Assembly: GCA_031258695.1 (NCBI GenBank)
Contig: JAIRMM010000012.1
Location: 1-59,871 of the forward strand
DNA: 59,871 nucleotides
Direction of reading: 5' to 3'
From: Puniceicoccales bacterium
GTDB lineage: Bacteria > Verrucomicrobiota > Verrucomicrobiia > Opitutales > JAIRKQ01
A program made the translations under genes and the position numbers. The first letter of the stretch is position 1. Each line of letters begins with the position of its first letter. Below, one piece after another: positions 1 through 10,652 of the stretch. The notes under the pieces were generated by a model, which saw nothing but the letters and a program-made list of their open reading frames with translations, was not told the DNA's origin and did no database searches.

Positions 1-674
1 TGGGTATCGTTGAGTTTTCTCTGGAACTCGCCTTTTTCGGCTTCAGTGACCAAGGCTCTTTGACTGGTCTCTTCGGCTTCTCTCCGGATCGCTTCGGTTT
101 GGCTCCTAGCCTCTTCGAGTTCGACCGCGGCTTTTCTCGCTTGTTCGGCGGCATCGCTCTGAGCATTTCGATACCGCGAGTACAATATAATTATAGATAT
201 GGCGGCTATCATAATACCCGCTATTGTTAATGCCACCCCGACTGGAGTAAAGGAAACGGAAGCACCCGTTACCGTTTGTATTGTCTTTTCAATAACCTCT
301 CTTGTCTCTTCGGTTCCTGGAATCGGAATCTGGTTTTCAACCTCATCGACTTGAATAGTTGCTGTCTCCGTTACAACTTTAACTAATAGCATTATGCCTG
401 CTCCCATTATCCCTGAGATTACCCCTGCCAAGATTAATCCCACTATCCAGTGCCTGTATTGGAAAAGGCCTTTGGCAAGGCTTACGGCAAGATCTTTCAC
501 CGTTTGAACAACCCTTTTGGAAAGACCTGGCACATTCTCACGGAGAAATGTCTTCGCAGAAGTAAACATTCCCGAAGTCCTGGCAGCAACCTGAATATCC
601 ATCGAAGTATCATCCGACGGATTATCTGCCGAAGGTATTTCAGTCTTTAAATTTATACTACTAACTTCACTCAT
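1..674 (-). CDS. Membrane-anchored coiled-coil protein, partial (3' end runs off the window)
   Basis: Hand translation of the minus strand from the ATG at 674 stays open to position 1. It is absent from the ORF track because there is no stop in the window. Sequence starts MSEVSSINLKTEIPSADNPSDD. Two hydrophobic segments (HWIVGLILAGVISGIMGAGIMLLV and VGVALTIAGIMIAAISIIILY) are followed by a charged helix-like stretch, EQARKAAVELEEARSQTEAIRREAEE. No family recognised. Confidence 0.5.
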   Translation of the reverse strand, partial: MSEVSSINLKTEIPSADNPSDDTSMDIQVAARTSGMFTSAKTFLRENVPGLSKRVVQTVKDLAVSLAKGLFQYRHWIVGLILAGVISGIMGAGIMLLVKVVTETATIQVDEVENQIPIPGTEETREVIEKTIQTVTGASVSFTPVGVALTIAGIMIAAISIIILYSRYRNAQSDAAEQARKAAVELEEARSQTEAIRREAEETSQRALVTEAEKGEFQRKLNDT

Positions 675-873
675 AAATTTCTAGATCCGGTCATAAAGTT
701 TACAAACGAACCAAGAATGATCAAGCTAATAGTTTAAATATTGGTGAAATTTAAGGAAATGGTATCGAAATTTTTAATTATTTACATTTTAAAAAACGAA
801 ACAACGGCAAAGCACTGAAATTGGGCACAGGGCATCGCCTTACTAGGTAAAAACCTTTGTGGGCTTTTTGAGC

Positions 874-1374
874 CTAGGTTTGTCGAGAAGATCTTTGGCG
901 GGCAGTCGATGATTTTCTCGCCCTGAAAAATCTTTCGGACAACAGGACAAACCGGCATGCTTTTATATATATTCCCCGTTGTTGCATTTTTGAAAGTTTT
1001 TTTTGGGAATACTTTACGGCATCGGTCAATTTTATAACTTCCGTGAACAAACCTATGATGTACCAGTCATTTCGGGCATCGGAAAGAAGTCTGTTTATCA
1101 TTTCCTCGGATGTCACCGCCGAAGATGATATTTTATACGCACCACACGCATAGGACCTCAGGGCCGAAGATAGCAATTTTGAAAATTCGTAGGATGTGGG
1201 ACCTGACACCTGGGCACGTGCCAGCCGTAGATTCTTTAGGGTCAAACCGACCAATGACGGTCGGGTCCACGTCTCAACATGTTTTTTGCCACGCCTAGCA
1301 TTGCGCCTGCGAGCCAAAATTAGTAGCACCCAAATCACCGCCAATAGAATAATTACTGTGACTTTACCTGCCAT
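874..1374 (-). CDS. Hypothetical single-pass membrane protein (possibly DUF4381-like)
   Basis: ORF 874..1419. I prefer the ATG at 1374 (MAGKVTVIILLAVIWVLLILARRRNARR), which gives an N-terminal TM followed by basic residues and an 11-nt overlap with the tsaB stop. The later SYEFSKLLSSALRSY...TSEEM pattern loosely resembles DUF4381 from memory. Confidence 0.45.
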   Translation of the reverse strand: MAGKVTVIILLAVIWVLLILARRRNARRGKKHVETWTRPSLVGLTLKNLRLARAQVSGPTSYEFSKLLSSALRSYACGAYKISSSAVTSEEMINRLLSDARNDWYIIGLFTEVIKLTDAVKYSQKKLSKMQQRGIYIKACRFVLLSERFFRARKSSTARQRSSRQT

Positions 1375-1984
1375 CTTCCATGGGATTCCCCGACCACTTT
1401 TTATAGTTGCCACCGCCATAATTCTTCAACTCCCCATTGGCAACCTCACAGAGGGACAGAATATCAAAATTCGCCGTGGCAATATCATAGCTCGCAGGTG
1501 GGAACTTTTGATATTTTTCGCACCGCACACGCCGCGTATCTAGGAATAATATGCCGTCACCAAAATCAAGTCCGTCGATGGTAGAAATTTTGATGGTCCT
1601 GCCATCCCTCGCCCTGACAATTAAATTATCCCCCACCCCATAGGTACAAACCATAGGGGCACCCTGGTTTAAACGTATCCCCATATCCAGGGCATCGTAG
1701 GTCATCAGCTTGAAATCACGGTTACCAAAGATCATCCAGGTGTTTATGGAAGCAAGGGCAATTCTCAGACCCAGGGATGAACCGGGACCACCACAATATA
1801 TCATGCCATCGAAATCATCGAGCACGCGGTGCGTTTTTAGAAGTAGCTCTTCCAGGGCAACGGTAATTCCATCGACGGCATTCCCTCCATACGCCTTACT
1901 TGCCAGAATGGTTTCACCATCCACTAGGATAACTTGTATCGTTGGAGTAGCTGAATCTATCAACAGATATCGATGGCCAAACAT
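1364..1984 (-). CDS. tsaB: tRNA threonylcarbamoyladenosine (t6A) biosynthesis protein TsaB (YeaZ family)
   Basis: YLLIDSATPTIQVILVDG and IYCGGPGSSLGLRIALASINTW are typical of the TsaB/YeaZ N-terminal ASKHA fold. The ORF extends to 2050, but the MFGHRYLLIDS start (1984) matches the usual family N-terminus. Confidence 0.7.
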   Translation of the reverse strand: MFGHRYLLIDSATPTIQVILVDGETILASKAYGGNAVDGITVALEELLLKTHRVLDDFDGMIYCGGPGSSLGLRIALASINTWMIFGNRDFKLMTYDALDMGIRLNQGAPMVCTYGVGDNLIVRARDGRTIKISTIDGLDFGDGILFLDTRRVRCEKYQKFPPASYDIATANFDILSLCEVANGELKNYGGGNYKKWSGNPMEDGR

Positions 1985-2189
1985 CTTTGCAAAGATGCAC
2001 ATATCTGCGCCTTTGGCAAAGCAATTTACACATAAAGAAGCAAATACCACGGGAGGCAGGTAACAAAAAATTCACCACCCTACCCTCTTCTCCACACCGA
2101 ACAAAAATATGGCTATCCTAGCCCACCAAAGAAATTGATGGCGAAAAATGGGAAAAAAGGTTCTTCCAAAGGTTTGTGGGATTTTTGAA

Positions 2190-4115
2190 TCATCGGTTTA
2201 CGTTTAATAAAAACTCAGTGTTTGTTTTGGTCTTTCTAATGCGTTGAATTAGCATCTCCATTGCCTCGGTCGGAGAAATCCCCTTTATGGCTCGTCGTAG
2301 GGCGTAGACCTTCTCCATTTCTTCAGGATGGTAGAGCAGTTCCTCTTTCCTCGTTCCACTTTTTTCAATGTTTAGTGCCGGGAACATCCGCTTATCGATG
2401 AGGCTCCTGTCGAGGTGTAGTTCCATATTCCCCGTCCCCTTAAATTCTTCAAAAATTACCTCGTCCATGCGACTTCCCGTTTCCACGAGTGCGGTTGCCA
2501 GAATTGTCAAACTTCCTCCACCCTCGATATTTCTTGCGGCTCCAAAAAACTTTTTCGGGGACTGAAGAGCATTGGCATCGACCCCCCCGGATAACAGTTT
2601 GCCACTGCTAGGTTGCTCCGTATTGTGAGCCCGTGCAAGCCGCGTAATCGAGTCAAGCAATATGACCACATGTTTTCCTGCTTCCACTTGCCTACGGGCT
2701 TTGTCGATCACCATGTCGGCCGCATGCACATGATTATCCGTGGATTCGTCAAATGTTGAACTGATGATCTCGGCATTGGAGACCTGTCTGCGAAAATCCG
2801 TAACTTCTTCCGGCCTTTCATCGATCAGTAATATGATCAGTTTGACATCGGGACGGTTTTTCGAAATGGCATTGGCTATCCCCTGCAACAGGACGGTTTT
2901 CCCCGTTCGCGGAGGGGCAACGATTAAACCACGCTGGCCAAGGCCGATGGGGGTCAAAATATCGATAATGCGCATGGAAACATTATCCCATTTTGTATCA
3001 CCCGTACATTCCAAAAATAGCCTCTCCGTGGGATAGAACGGAATCAAATCCTTGAATTTCGGCAGGTTGCCCACCTGGGTTGGATCACAGCCCATCACAT
3101 TACTGATTTTTAACAGGAATGGGCAGGTAGAATTTTGGGCAGGCGGGTGCAAATAGGCCACCATATCCTGGCCGCGACGCAATCCATATTTCTGTATCAA
3201 AAACTTTGGAATAAATGCACTCTGCGGACGGATCCTATAGTTATCGTTGGCATATACCAGTAGGCCATCCCCCCCTTCAATGGTTTCCAATACTCCCCTG
3301 GCGACGATGGGTATTTTTTCTTCAAACTTTTTTACCATCAGGATTTCAAGAAGTTTGTGGCTACCTTTACCGTTTTCTTCGCCCACCCCATCATGGGCCG
3401 AAATGTCTTTCATTGACAACGATGTCCGGGCTTCATAGGCCCCATTGAAATCGAAGGGAGAGGCATTAAAATCGATATTTTCATCGGCGAAACTTGCCAG
3501 TGCGTCGAAGGAACTCAGGCATCCCATTTCTTTGATTAATCCGCTCGATAGCTGACCAATTTTTACTGTCCTAGCAAACCGCTGCCGATTTTGGCCACCA
3601 CTTTGCTGGTGTTTAAAATTTTGACCATTGTTCCCGTGATTGTTTTTGCCATTATCTCTACCCGAACGCCCCCCGTTGTTCTGGGGCCGATTTTCATTGT
3701 TTCGGGATCTGTCATTACCATTGCGATGATTCTGTTGTCTTTGGGGGGACATCCGGTCTGCGTTTGACGGTGATTGTTCTTCAATCTGCGTGGAAAATCT
3801 CCGCCCCTCGGCGTTTCTCCTTTCAGAATTGTCCACGGGTCTGGGAGATAAATCATCTTCTATGGCGTTATTTGAATGTTTAGGACTCCAAACGACGTCA
3901 AAGGCATTGTAATTCGCATTACGTGGGCTTCCGGATTCATTGCCATCGTCCAAATCCGTAGAAAATTTTTCGGGAACACAATCATCTTCCCCATTGGAAC
4001 CGGCTGGCTTAGCCATTTGGGAAGTATTTTGGCTGCGTTTTGTTGATTTGGCGGATGGTTGTCGCCTGTGTTTTTTCACTTCATAGTCATTATCGTTAGT
4101 AAGTTCCGTATCCAT
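2190..4115 (-). CDS. rho: Transcription termination factor Rho with a long low-complexity N-terminal extension
   Basis: C-terminal two thirds is canonical Rho: a CSD-like RNA-binding region ([15 protein letters not shown]...YGLRRGQ), Walker [13 protein letters not shown], Walker B LLIDE, and KLLSGGVD...[19 protein letters not shown]. About 230 N-terminal residues are N/Q/G/R-rich. Confidence 0.95.
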   Translation of the reverse strand: MDTELTNDNDYEVKKHRRQPSAKSTKRSQNTSQMAKPAGSNGEDDCVPEKFSTDLDDGNESGSPRNANYNAFDVVWSPKHSNNAIEDDLSPRPVDNSERRNAEGRRFSTQIEEQSPSNADRMSPQRQQNHRNGNDRSRNNENRPQNNGGRSGRDNGKNNHGNNGQNFKHQQSGGQNRQRFARTVKIGQLSSGLIKEMGCLSSFDALASFADENIDFNASPFDFNGAYEARTSLSMKDISAHDGVGEENGKGSHKLLEILMVKKFEEKIPIVARGVLETIEGGDGLLVYANDNYRIRPQSAFIPKFLIQKYGLRRGQDMVAYLHPPAQNSTCPFLLKISNVMGCDPTQVGNLPKFKDLIPFYPTERLFLECTGDTKWDNVSMRIIDILTPIGLGQRGLIVAPPRTGKTVLLQGIANAISKNRPDVKLIILLIDERPEEVTDFRRQVSNAEIISSTFDESTDNHVHAADMVIDKARRQVEAGKHVVILLDSITRLARAHNTEQPSSGKLLSGGVDANALQSPKKFFGAARNIEGGGSLTILATALVETGSRMDEVIFEEFKGTGNMELHLDRSLIDKRMFPALNIEKSGTRKEELLYHPEEMEKVYALRRAIKGISPTEAMEMLIQRIRKTKTNTEFLLNVNR

Positions 4116-4333
4116 AAAAATTTAAATTTTTATAATAATAGAAAGCCATGCATCAAAAATTGCGAACATGCTTATACTCCCCAAATGCATCAATCCTTGT
4201 TCCAGTGAATGCGAATATACACGAGGATGGCACTCATCCTTGCATAGTTATGTGGCGTTGTCGAGCATTTTTTAAAAAATTTAGGAATTCCAGGGACATA
4301 AAAATCTTGCCTTTTTCCGCCGAAAACATTTTT

Positions 4334-6925
4334 ATGCTCACCATGCATGCCGAATGTCAACAATATGATTTTGATCAAATAGAGCTGTTCTGGCAAAAGT
4401 TTTGGGATAAAAACAGAACATTTTGTGTCCAAGAAGATCCTTCCAAAGAAAAATACTATGTTTTGGACATGTTTCCCTACCCATCGGGGACAGGTTTGCA
4501 CATCGGCCATCCCGAGGGGTATACCGCATCCGATATTTTGGCGAGGTACAAGCACGCAAAAGGGTATAATGTATTGCATCCAATGGGTTGGGATGCGTTT
4601 GGTCTCCCGGCGGAACAGCATGCAACTAAAACGGGGATTAATCCTGCCACCAACACAGCCAACAATGTATCAGTCTTCAAAAAGCAAATGAAACGAATTG
4701 GGTTTGCGATCGACTGGGAAAGGGAAATTAATACCACCGACCCCATTTATTTCAAGTGGACCCAGTGGATATTTTTACAACTTTTTAAACACGGGTTGGC
4801 CTATGTGGATGAATGTCCCGTTTGGTGGTGCGAAGGGTTAAAATCGGTCCTAGCCAATGAAGAAGTCATCGGCGGACGGTCCGAACGGGGAAATTTTCCG
4901 GTTATTAGAAAAAACCTATGCCAGTGGGTTCTAAGAATAACACGCTATGCCGATAAATTATTGGAGGGGTTGTCGAGTGTCGACTGGCCAGATTCAACGA
5001 AACGCCAACAAATAGCTTGGATAGGAAAATCGGAAGGAGCAAATATTTTTTTCAAAATCGATGGCCATGGCGAAGAAATTTGCATATACACCACCCGTCC
5101 GGACACCATTTTCGGGGTAACATTTTTAGTCCTTGCTCCCGAACACCCGTCCGTTGAAAAAATTGTCGCTCCAAAATTTGAAAATGACGTGAAAAAGTAC
5201 GTCGAAAACAGCAAAAAGAAGAGTGACTTGGAACGAACGGATCTGGCAAAAACAAAAACGGGAGTGCAAACGGGGGCCTATGCCATAAACCCTGCCAATG
5301 GGAAAAGGATAGAAATCTGGGTAGCCGATTACGTATTGGCCAGCTATGGAAGCGGTGCCATTATGGCGGTCCCCGGCCACGACAAACGGGACTACGACTT
5401 CGCGTCCAACTACGCCATCGAAATCACCCAAGTAATCACCGACGTTTCCGGAGATAATCAATTGCCCTACGAGGGCGATGGAGTTTTGATAAATTCTGAA
5501 AGGTTTAATGGACTTCCATCCGAAGAAGCTAGGGAAAAAATCGTATCCTGGCTAGGGGAAAACAAACGGGCCGATTTTGCACAAAATTACAAACTGCGGG
5601 ACTGGCTATTTTCTCGCCAAAGGTATTGGGGGGAACCCATCCCAATAATCTGGATCAAGGAAAATGACTACAAGGCAGCGGTTTCGAACGATAAATTTTA
5701 TTTTAAAGAATTTTTACCGGATGAGCCCATCTCCAATGGCAAGGATGGGATAACATATTGCGCTTTGCCGCTTTGCACGAGCCACTTGCCATTGACCTTG
5801 CCGCCGACCGACAACTATTTACCCTCCGGCGATGGGGAAAGTCCACTTGCCAAAATACACTCTTGGCTGAACGTTTATGTAAACGTCGAAACGGGACAGA
5901 TTGTTCCCGCGGATGATTTTAATGAAAAAGACAAAAATTCCTCCTGGGTGCTAGGCCGGCGAGAAACAAATACCATGCCGCAATGGGCGGGGTCCTGTTG
6001 GTATTATTTGAGATACCTGTCTCCCTACTGTGAAACCGCCATCGTCGATCCAAACGCAATAAATTATTGGCAAACGCCGGATTTTTACATAGGGGGGGCG
6101 GAACACGCGGTTTTACACCTCCTATATGCCAGATTCTGGCATAGGTTTTTATTTGACATAGGAGCCATCGAGACGGGGAAAGAACCGTTTGGGAAACTGT
6201 TCCACCAGGGTATCATCCTCGGCGAGGACGGAACAAAAATGTCCAAAAGTCGAGGGAATGTTATCAATCCCGACGAGATCGTGAAGCACTATGGTGCAGA
6301 TGCTCTGAGGTTATATGAAATGTTTCTCGGTCCGCTGGATATGATGAAACCATGGAGCACAAAGGGCATGGAGGGTGTTTCTCGGTTTTTGAAAAAAATT
6401 TGGAACGCATACGTAGACGGGGCTGGCAATGGTAAAAATTTTCAAGGCAATTTGTCCGACGAATGCCAAATGGTCGTCAATGAAACCATTAGAAAGGTTG
6501 GAAACGACATCGAAGGGCTAAAGTTTAATACGGCAATTTCCCAGATGATGATATGTTTAAATTCCATACAAAAAGCAGGAGGGTTCGACCATGCCTCCGC
6601 CAGGAATTTCCTAAAAATTTTAGCACCTTTCGCCCCTCATATTTCCGAAGAATTATGGGCAAGGCTTGGGAATAACAGTAGCATCTACGATGCCCCTTGG
6701 CCGGAGTATGATGATTCAAAAATCGTAGCAACCTCCCAAAAGATTATCGTCCAAGTCAACGGGAAAATGCGGGCAGAACTAATCCTAAATGACCCAAATA
6801 TGTCGGAGGATGCCATTTTTGAACTCGCCGCAAACATGGAAAATGTAAAAAAATACGTCGCCGATAAAAAAATACTCAAAAAGGTTTACGTAAAGGGAAC
6901 AGTTGTTAACTTTGTCGTTGGATAA
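4334..6925 (+). CDS. leuS: Leucine--tRNA ligase
   Basis: HIGH motif (PYPSGTGLHIGHPEGY), KMSKS motif (GTKMSKSRGN), and CP1 editing-domain motifs (TTRPDTIFGVTF, AVPGHDKRDYDFA). The ORF opens at 4148. The family-like N-terminus MLTMHAECQQYDFDQIELFW starts at the ATG at 4334 (alternative 4343), which leaves a divergent promoter region shared with rho. Confidence 0.95.
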   Translation: MLTMHAECQQYDFDQIELFWQKFWDKNRTFCVQEDPSKEKYYVLDMFPYPSGTGLHIGHPEGYTASDILARYKHAKGYNVLHPMGWDAFGLPAEQHATKTGINPATNTANNVSVFKKQMKRIGFAIDWEREINTTDPIYFKWTQWIFLQLFKHGLAYVDECPVWWCEGLKSVLANEEVIGGRSERGNFPVIRKNLCQWVLRITRYADKLLEGLSSVDWPDSTKRQQIAWIGKSEGANIFFKIDGHGEEICIYTTRPDTIFGVTFLVLAPEHPSVEKIVAPKFENDVKKYVENSKKKSDLERTDLAKTKTGVQTGAYAINPANGKRIEIWVADYVLASYGSGAIMAVPGHDKRDYDFASNYAIEITQVITDVSGDNQLPYEGDGVLINSERFNGLPSEEAREKIVSWLGENKRADFAQNYKLRDWLFSRQRYWGEPIPIIWIKENDYKAAVSNDKFYFKEFLPDEPISNGKDGITYCALPLCTSHLPLTLPPTDNYLPSGDGESPLAKIHSWLNVYVNVETGQIVPADDFNEKDKNSSWVLGRRETNTMPQWAGSCWYYLRYLSPYCETAIVDPNAINYWQTPDFYIGGAEHAVLHLLYARFWHRFLFDIGAIETGKEPFGKLFHQGIILGEDGTKMSKSRGNVINPDEIVKHYGADALRLYEMFLGPLDMMKPWSTKGMEGVSRFLKKIWNAYVDGAGNGKNFQGNLSDECQMVVNETIRKVGNDIEGLKFNTAISQMMICLNSIQKAGGFDHASARNFLKILAPFAPHISEELWARLGNNSSIYDAPWPEYDDSKIVATSQKIIVQVNGKMRAELILNDPNMSEDAIFELAANMENVKKYVADKKILKKVYVKGTVVNFVVG

Positions 6926-6933
6926 TTTTTGCT

Positions 6934-8079
6934 GTGAACCTCTTTAGAAGATATGTTTTTAGGGAAACTTTTATCGTTTGTTGTGCGGCGACGGGCTTTT
7001 TCGTCAGCATATTGCTCGTAGCAAATGCCATGCGGGATGTTGTGGAATGGATCACGATGAGACGGCTAACGTGTCGGGAAGGTTTTCAATTGCTGGGCAT
7101 ACTTACGCCGTCCGTCATTTCCCACGCTCTCCCCCTTGGCATGATGGTAGGGATATTGGTCGTAATAGGACGAATGTCGTCTCAAAACGAAATACTTGCC
7201 ATGAAAAGCATGGGCATGGGTCTGTGGGATATTACACGGCCAATATTCCTATTGGCACTGTTATTCACCCTGTTTTCCGGATACGTTAACCTATGCCATG
7301 CCCCTGATTCAATCGGCAGATATAGACAATTTTTCAGGAATATTATACGGAAAAAGCCAATGCGGTTTATTACTCCGAAGGTATTTAATGACTATTTCCC
7401 GGGATATGCGATATACGTCGACAGCCTATCAAATGGAAACTTTAATGGCATGAAAATTTGGCGATTCGACGAAAGGAATTTGTTGGATTCCTATATCTCT
7501 GCCAAGAGCGGACAGATAGTATTTGAGGAATCATCGGGCACGTTTTTACTAAAATTAAACGATGGGAACATGGAGAGATTCGACATCTATGATCCCGCAA
7601 CCGATTTCCAAAAGGTCCCGAAAATTGTTTTCTTCCAGAATATAACGATTAACTTGCCGGCAAAGGAATTCCTGGGGACTCCGATTAACGCTCCCAAAAA
7701 ATTTCATTGGATGACGCTGAATGAATTGTTGGCCGCTAAAAAAAGTTTGAATTCTAAAAAAGATACGATTTCCTATGAAAGCATTCGCCATCAGAAAACA
7801 CTTATAAATATGCAGATCAGTAGCAACCTTGCGAATGCGTTCGGAATATCGGCAATGACCATACTGGCCATTCCCCTTGGAATTAAAGTTCATCGCAGGG
7901 ATACCTCTCTAAATACCGGCATCGCGTTGTGTTTGTGCATAGGATATTATTTCGTCATGGCGATGTTATCTTTGTTCGGGGATTATCCCCGCCTACGGCC
8001 TGACATTTTGGTCTGGATACCCAATATGGTACTAGCGGGATTGGGTATTCCCCTATTCCATCGCGCATCACAGCACTAA
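6934..8079 (+). CDS. LPS export ABC transporter permease, LptF/LptG (YjgP/YjgQ) family
   Basis: GTG start. N-terminal YVFRETFIVCCAATGFFVSILL is typical of YjgP/YjgQ. Three N-terminal TMs, a periplasmic beta-jellyroll-sized middle region and three C-terminal TMs. Confidence 0.8.
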   Translation: MNLFRRYVFRETFIVCCAATGFFVSILLVANAMRDVVEWITMRRLTCREGFQLLGILTPSVISHALPLGMMVGILVVIGRMSSQNEILAMKSMGMGLWDITRPIFLLALLFTLFSGYVNLCHAPDSIGRYRQFFRNIIRKKPMRFITPKVFNDYFPGYAIYVDSLSNGNFNGMKIWRFDERNLLDSYISAKSGQIVFEESSGTFLLKLNDGNMERFDIYDPATDFQKVPKIVFFQNITINLPAKEFLGTPINAPKKFHWMTLNELLAAKKSLNSKKDTISYESIRHQKTLINMQISSNLANAFGISAMTILAIPLGIKVHRRDTSLNTGIALCLCIGYYFVMAMLSLFGDYPRLRPDILVWIPNMVLAGLGIPLFHRASQH

Positions 8080-8084
8080 TCACC

Positions 8085-9152
8085 ATGGCAACGGCAAATT
8101 TAGAAAAAATACAAACAAAGAATATAGTCGTCGGGTTTGACGGTTTTGTCGACACGATAGTCCAGGCCGTCGACGTGCGCAACGGTGAAAAATACACGAG
8201 GATTGAGACCATTTCTGATTTTGGAAAAAGAATAATGTCTGCCGCGGGGAAAAGTTCCAATATCGAGCTCGTCCCGCAAAAAAAATTGATGGGGGGCAAT
8301 GGTCCTCTGCTGGCAGAAACATTGTGTAAGCTTGGGACCAACGTCAGATATATCGGTGCGCTCGGGGATTGTGCGAATAATATTTTTCAAGATTTTGCCA
8401 ATGAAACATCGGCAATTTCCACGGGGGACTACGGCGAAACCCGGGCGATAGAATTCTCCGATGGCAAAATTCTATTCGGAGAAATGCTGTCGTTGTCCCA
8501 AACGACGGTCGATAGCATTTTGGCAAAGATATCCCCCCAAGGCCTAGTCTCTATCATTGATTCGAGCGATGCCTTTGCCATGGTAAACTGGACAATGATG
8601 CAACACATGACAAGCATTGCCCGGTTTTTTGTCAGGGAAATTTTCCCCCAATGTACAAAAAATAATAGGCTATTTTTCTTCGATTTGGCTGACCCAGAAA
8701 AGAGAAAACAGTCTGAACTCACGGAATTTTTACACATAATTAGTTCCTACCAAAAATTTGGAAGATCCGTCCTTGGATTAAATGTCCGGGAAGCACAGCA
8801 GGTATTGCATGCCCTTGGCCAGGATTTTCAGCTCGATGAAAGGGAAGACTCCATGGAAGAAGCTGCCAAATTGCTACGCAAGGCTTTGGAAATTGAGGTG
8901 GCATTTATCCACGGCGTAAAAATTTCTTCCGCCGCCACAGGTAAGGAATCGGCAATTGCAAACAAGTATTTCGTAGAAAATCCGAAAATTTTAACCGGTG
9001 CAGGTGACCGATATAATGCAGGGTTTTTAGCATCGTATTTGTGCAATAACGATATAAATTTTGCCATAAATTTTGCGGCGGCGACGTCGGCATTTTATGT
9101 AAAAAACATGGTTTCGCCAACCCCGAATGATGTGGAAATTTTAGCAATATGA
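8085..9152 (+). CDS. Ribokinase-superfamily (PfkB / ADP-dependent-kinase-like) sugar kinase
   Basis: MGGNGPLLAETLCKLG (GG substrate lid/anion-hole region) and C-terminal ILTGAGDRYNAGFLASYL (the TGAGD catalytic-base motif of the ribokinase fold). Substrate not assignable. Confidence 0.6.
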   Translation: MATANLEKIQTKNIVVGFDGFVDTIVQAVDVRNGEKYTRIETISDFGKRIMSAAGKSSNIELVPQKKLMGGNGPLLAETLCKLGTNVRYIGALGDCANNIFQDFANETSAISTGDYGETRAIEFSDGKILFGEMLSLSQTTVDSILAKISPQGLVSIIDSSDAFAMVNWTMMQHMTSIARFFVREIFPQCTKNNRLFFFDLADPEKRKQSELTEFLHIISSYQKFGRSVLGLNVREAQQVLHALGQDFQLDEREDSMEEAAKLLRKALEIEVAFIHGVKISSAATGKESAIANKYFVENPKILTGAGDRYNAGFLASYLCNNDINFAINFAAATSAFYVKNMVSPTPNDVEILAI

Positions 9153-9778
9153 GTGGGATATTCGTTACGTTTGAAGGAATTGAGGGTTGCGGGAAAAGCA
9201 CCCAACTGGGCATGCTGGCAAATTGGTTGCGTGCCAACGGGAAAGATGTCATCGTGACCCGCGAGCCCGGAGGGACAGACCTCGGAGAAAAAATTCGTAG
9301 CCTTCTGCTGGACGGCAGCAAGGGCGATGTTTTTTCCGTACGGGCAGAAATATTGCTGTTTGAAGCTAGTCGGGCGCAACATGTGGATGAAAAAATTCTG
9401 CCAGCCATAAAATCTGGGAAAATTGTCCTATGCGATAGATTTTTCGATTCGACCGTTGTTTATCAGGGTGTCGCACGGGCAATCGACCCGCATACCGTGC
9501 AATTTTTGAACGAATTCGCCGTGTCCGAGTGCATTCCCGCCATGACAGTTTTCCCGAACATAAGTGTCGCAGAAAGCTTTAGACGCATCGTCCGGGAAGA
9601 TGGTTCCCGGGACAGAATTGAGCAGGAAGATGAAAGTTTCTTCGAAAAAATCCGCGATGGATATTTGGGGTTGGCAAGAGGCAATACCAGATTTTTTATG
9701 GTAGATGGCACCGATAATGTGGAAATAATCCATGAAAAAATAAGGAATGAATTTGCAAAAAGATTTTTTAAAAATTAA
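9149..9778 (+). CDS. tmk: Thymidylate kinase
   Basis: FVTFEGIEGCGKSTQ P-loop, TREPGGT, and DRFFDSTVVYQG (DR motif). 4-nt overlap with the upstream gene. Confidence 0.9.
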   Translation: MSGIFVTFEGIEGCGKSTQLGMLANWLRANGKDVIVTREPGGTDLGEKIRSLLLDGSKGDVFSVRAEILLFEASRAQHVDEKILPAIKSGKIVLCDRFFDSTVVYQGVARAIDPHTVQFLNEFAVSECIPAMTVFPNISVAESFRRIVREDGSRDRIEQEDESFFEKIRDGYLGLARGNTRFFMVDGTDNVEIIHEKIRNEFAKRFFKN

Positions 9779-10625
9779 AAACCAGCGGGGGTTCGCATCG
9801 CTACTAGAATCCTGTGAAAACGGAAGTTTACCCAATTCAAATCTTCTGGTTTGCAAGGACATGGAGGTCTGCAATGGGGTGGCCATACTTCTCGCTGCAA
9901 AAGTTCTTCGGCGGGAAAATCCTGCGACCTGCGTAGATTTTCTACAGGTTCGGCCGGTTGGAGCGATGATGCAGATTTCCGTCGATCAAATTCGGGAACT
10001 GTGCTCGACAATTTACCTATCCCCAAAGGTCTGTGAGAAGAAATTTGTGGTGATTTATGACGCCGGAAGAATGCACGGTACGGCGGCGAATGCATTTCTT
10101 AAGACCCTCGAAGAGCCCCCCGAGGATACGATAATTTTCCTAACAACAACAAGGTTACATACCATTTTGCCGACCATTGTCGGTAGATGTTCAGTGACGC
10201 GACTGTCTTCCGACGGCGAATTTTTTGGGAACAAGGAAATACAAATTTGGCTGGCGAACTATTCGGCATGGCTATCGTTGCTGTTCGATGCAAACTGTGA
10301 GAAAAAGACCAACGCCATCATGCAAATGTATTTACTGCTGACACAACTTGAGTCCCTATTGGCTAGTCTTCTTACGGAGCCCGAAACCGACGATTTTCCA
10401 GGAGAACAGGTGGGCAAGCAAGGAATTTACGGATTGCTCCTTGGGCAAATTGAAAATGAAACGGCAAATTTTTTTAGAAATAGCTTGGAACATGTAAAAA
10501 TTTTCCAAAAAATCATCCCAAGTCTAGAGGGCAAAGCATATCTCATTGCACTAAACGTGAATTTCATGGCATGCGTGGAAACCTTTTTGATAGAAATTTT
10601 TCAAATGGTTGTTAAATTCCCCTAG
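9747..10625 (+). CDS. holB: DNA polymerase III delta-prime subunit (clamp-loader AAA+ protein with degenerate P-loop)
   Basis: AANAFLKTLEEPPEDTIIFLTT (sensor-1/box VII region) and ILPTIVGRC (SRC-like motif). The Walker A position is degenerate, as expected for delta-prime. The tmk-holB adjacency supports the call. Confidence 0.75.
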   Translation: MNLQKDFLKIKNQRGFASLLESCENGSLPNSNLLVCKDMEVCNGVAILLAAKVLRRENPATCVDFLQVRPVGAMMQISVDQIRELCSTIYLSPKVCEKKFVVIYDAGRMHGTAANAFLKTLEEPPEDTIIFLTTTRLHTILPTIVGRCSVTRLSSDGEFFGNKEIQIWLANYSAWLSLLFDANCEKKTNAIMQMYLLLTQLESLLASLLTEPETDDFPGEQVGKQGIYGLLLGQIENETANFFRNSLEHVKIFQKIIPSLEGKAYLIALNVNFMACVETFLIEIFQMVVKFP

Positions 10626-10652
10626 CGAGTTTACATTTTAAAAGGAAGTTTT

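Noticed and set aside
450-650. 66-aa plus-strand ORF
   Set aside because: It lies inside the longer minus-strand frame that stays open from 674 to the window edge, and that frame has TM and coiled-coil features.
4148-4333. N-terminal 62-aa extension of leuS given by the ORF track
   Set aside because: The extension is Cys/Arg/basic-rich with no similarity to LeuRS N-termini. It would also remove the divergent promoter space shared with rho. Internal ATGs at 4334 and 4343 give the family-like start.
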